Source: Gordius albopunctatus
Taxonomy: Eukaryota
Length of the DNA stretch: 64,000 nt
Reading direction: 5' to 3'
Assembly: GCA_964276515.1 (NCBI GenBank)
Contig: OZ193909.1
Span: 14,446,001-14,510,000 of the forward strand
Shown here one piece after another: positions 61,199-64,000 of this stretch; the first letter of the stretch is position 1; each line of letters opens with the position of its first letter. Position numbers and translations under genes: made by a program. The notes below the pieces were generated by a model. That model did not search any database. It had not been told where the DNA came from and worked only from the letters and a program-made list of their open reading frames with translations.

Positions 61199-63527
61199 CT
61201 AAAAGCAATTACTTATATACATTCAATTTTATTTATAATACCTTTTCATGTATCCGATTATTAATTTTAATTTAATTGTATAAGATAAATTGTAATACTT
61301 TTTAATGAACAAATGGTTATTAAATAGTTATATTAAATAAAATTAAAGATATGATTTTATTTATTTATTGTTTTATTAATATGTCAAATTAAGATCAGGA
61401 ATTTTCATTTATTTTTAGTAAAATTGGATTGGAATCAAAAAGACCTTTTATTAATTTAAATCTTCGGGTCGAGTCTAAGAATATTACTACTTTTGCAATA
61501 TCATCAAGCTTATCAAAATTAAAATTCAAAAACTTTACTGGATATTTGATTTAAAAATGAAATGTAAATATAAACTTCATGTTGTTCATATATAAGATAA
61601 ACTGTTTTATTCATAGGTAACTAATTGCAGGCAATATGATTATGGCATAAGTAACTTATAATATTCTAAAATTAAAATCTATATATATGAATCATTTATT
61701 TAATTTCTTGTTAAACGCAATTTGGGAGCCACTCAAATTTTCAATCGGAAAATTCTTTTAAATAATATATGCTTTTAAATATTAATTTTGTTTTTAATAT
61801 TTTCCTCAACTTATTTTAATCTCAGTATATAATTTTCACTTCCTGGAAATATTAATTTCGAATATTTGGCCTTTTAAAACATTAAAAAACTATTTTTGGA
61901 AGATTTTAAAATTTTTATACACCTCGATTGAGCTGGAACTACACATACAGTAAGTTTTAAATTAACATTTAGCCTTACTGTTCGCTTTTTGAGGCACTAG
62001 TCAACATTTTTATTCTTACCCTTTGATTTAACTTAGCTAAACCTAACTTACTCATGCACAGTTAGTAATTAGTATGATGTGAAAATGGATCTCTATCCAA
62101 AATTAGGGTTTATTAATATATTTATATGGATTGTATTAAAGGTTTGGACATTTTTTATGCAATAAAATATTCCTTTTAAGAATTATAGTAACTAAATTAA
62201 AAAAGTTTTACTTTTAAACATAGCTATTTAAAAATTATAAATTTGTTATGTGCTTTTAATTGTTTTGATTAAATTGCTTTTTAAAGACAAAGGTGAGAAA
62301 CCAGAGGCGTAGCCACCCCCCTATAGGCATTCTCGCCCCTTCCCACCTTTATCGCCCATAAATTGCATAGCAAATATGCTACTTTTATACGGAGTATGGA
62401 TGAGTTTCGTTCCCCCTTCCCTTCCCCTCCTCCCCTTCCCACGAGGGTTCTTTTCCTTTTTGACATTCATTGAAAAACTACAAACTACCTTACAATTAAA
62501 TAGACTCTTTGTATATTAAAATAAGATATACTACTTTTGGAAACCTCAATTTGTGTCTAGGAAAAAACATTCGATTGAATTATGAAAAGAAGAAACGTTA
62601 GATTTAAAAGTTTTTGATATATGGTTTTGCTCTATGTCCGCATATAAAATCTTTAATTAATAAAATAATTAAACAACTTTACTATTTTAATAATTATACA
62701 AATAACACTTACAAGTGTTTGCCTGGGAATTAGTCATATATATTAGATTTCCCAAAATTTGCAAGAACAAATTAAGTTGGAATAAAAGACATGCCATATT
62801 ATTAGTAAAAGGTAAAAGTGTTGAATAAGTTTTAAAACCTGATAACTTTGAACTGCCAAAATGAACTGCCTTAGCTTGTTTATGTTAACAGTTTGTTATT
62901 AACATTTCTTAATTTTATATAATTTATAACTGTAAACAATGCGCCGATAAAAAGGATCTTATGTTTATAGGCCCATTTTGTCGTTAAGGTACATGAACGT
63001 AGCCAGGAGGATGGCAGGAGGGGTGGCTGCCCCCCCCCCCCCTAAAAAAACTACGGGAAAAATATTTTCAATGCAAAAACTTTGAAAAATTAAAAAAAAT
63101 TATGTTTTGCACTTTTAAACGTTTTGCCCCCCCCCCCTAATCTAAAACCTGGCTGCGCCCATGATAAAGTATATCTTCTACGTATATAAAATTCTCGTGT
63201 CACAGTCTTTGGTCCTCAACTCCTCCGAAACAGCTGGGCTGATTTAGATGGAAATTTCTGCGAATATTTGGTAGGTCTGAGCCTAGGTTTTTAACTATAT
63301 TTCAAATCTCTAAGTCATAAGACGGTCAAGTTATTTAGTTTTATACGTCTTGACGTTTATTAAAATATCACTCAAACGCAACCTCATGACGTACTGCGTA
63401 TCTATCGTGTAGGTAGTGTGATAAATGCAGTAGGCATGAGTTGCGGAAAATGGAAACTTTTTACGATTTAAAACATTAAATATCAAAGTCATTTTTTTGC
63501 TTATTTTTCACGTCAATTATTATTATT

Positions 63528-64000
63528 ATAGGACGGTCGTGTCCCCTCCTGCGTGGCTAAATAAATTAAAAAATCTAATTTTGGCATTTTTTGCGCGTTA
63601 AATAAGGAGAAAGTTTGTGCGACCAGTGGGTGTGGTTTTTGATTATTGGTTATGAAGTGGCTCATGATGATTATCGCTGCGTCAATTTTTCTAAGGAACT
63701 TGGCGTTGATAGAAAGTTAATGCTGGGCTAGGTTGAGAGCATTCGTTGTGATGTGGTTTCAGATTTCTGGGTATTAATAGATAGATTCCATTTGTTTGCT
63801 AGTTTTAGGAAATTCCTCGTGTTTTGTTGTACCAGGGCAGCTATCTTGCCATATATTAGGATGTCATCCAGATATACATTGTATCGACAGGTAGTGATGG
63901 ATTTAATGCACAAGTCCAACATAATTTGTTGCAGTACAAATGGGGAAAAAGATGCTCCCATAGGCAGCACCCTGTATGAGTATTTCGTTCGTCCTGATTT
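63528..64000 (-). mobile_element. Duplicate of the DIRS-like RT fragment (runs off the window end)
   Basis: Near-identical to 39780-40252; YLDD present. Confidence 0.7.

Larger units (their letters stand above)
60011..64000. repeat. Segmental duplicate of 36266-40252 (phosphatase gene, upstream region, MITE, DIRS-like RT)
   Basis: Almost base-for-base identical over ~4 kb, continuing to the window end. Confidence 0.97.

Overview
AT-rich, intron-containing animal (invertebrate-like) genomic DNA, densely packed with transposons. Host genes: (1) a 15-exon receptor guanylyl cyclase on the + strand (7983-23975). My hand-spliced model gives 3120 nt / 1039 aa with all exon phases compatible. Its cyclase domain keeps the metal-binding Asp pair and the guanine-specificity Glu/Cys but has lost the catalytic Asn, Arg and KGKG Lys. 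(2) A histidine acid phosphatase on the - strand, present as two near-identical full copies (36317-37453, 60062-61198) and one truncated copy (57280-57905) inside a mosaic segmental duplication. The remainder is mobile DNA, much of it with readable termini and target-site duplications (TSDs): hAT derivatives and MITEs, a hAT-ended composite element carrying a MULE/SWIM transposase, a foldback element, a CRE-clade LINE with a >=40-bp TSD, RTE LINEs, a tRNA-derived SINE, two decayed Gypsy-like LTR elements, a DIRS-like gag-RT fragment and Helitron/Helentron-like repeats. All alignments were done by eye; family names come from motif recognition, not database searches.
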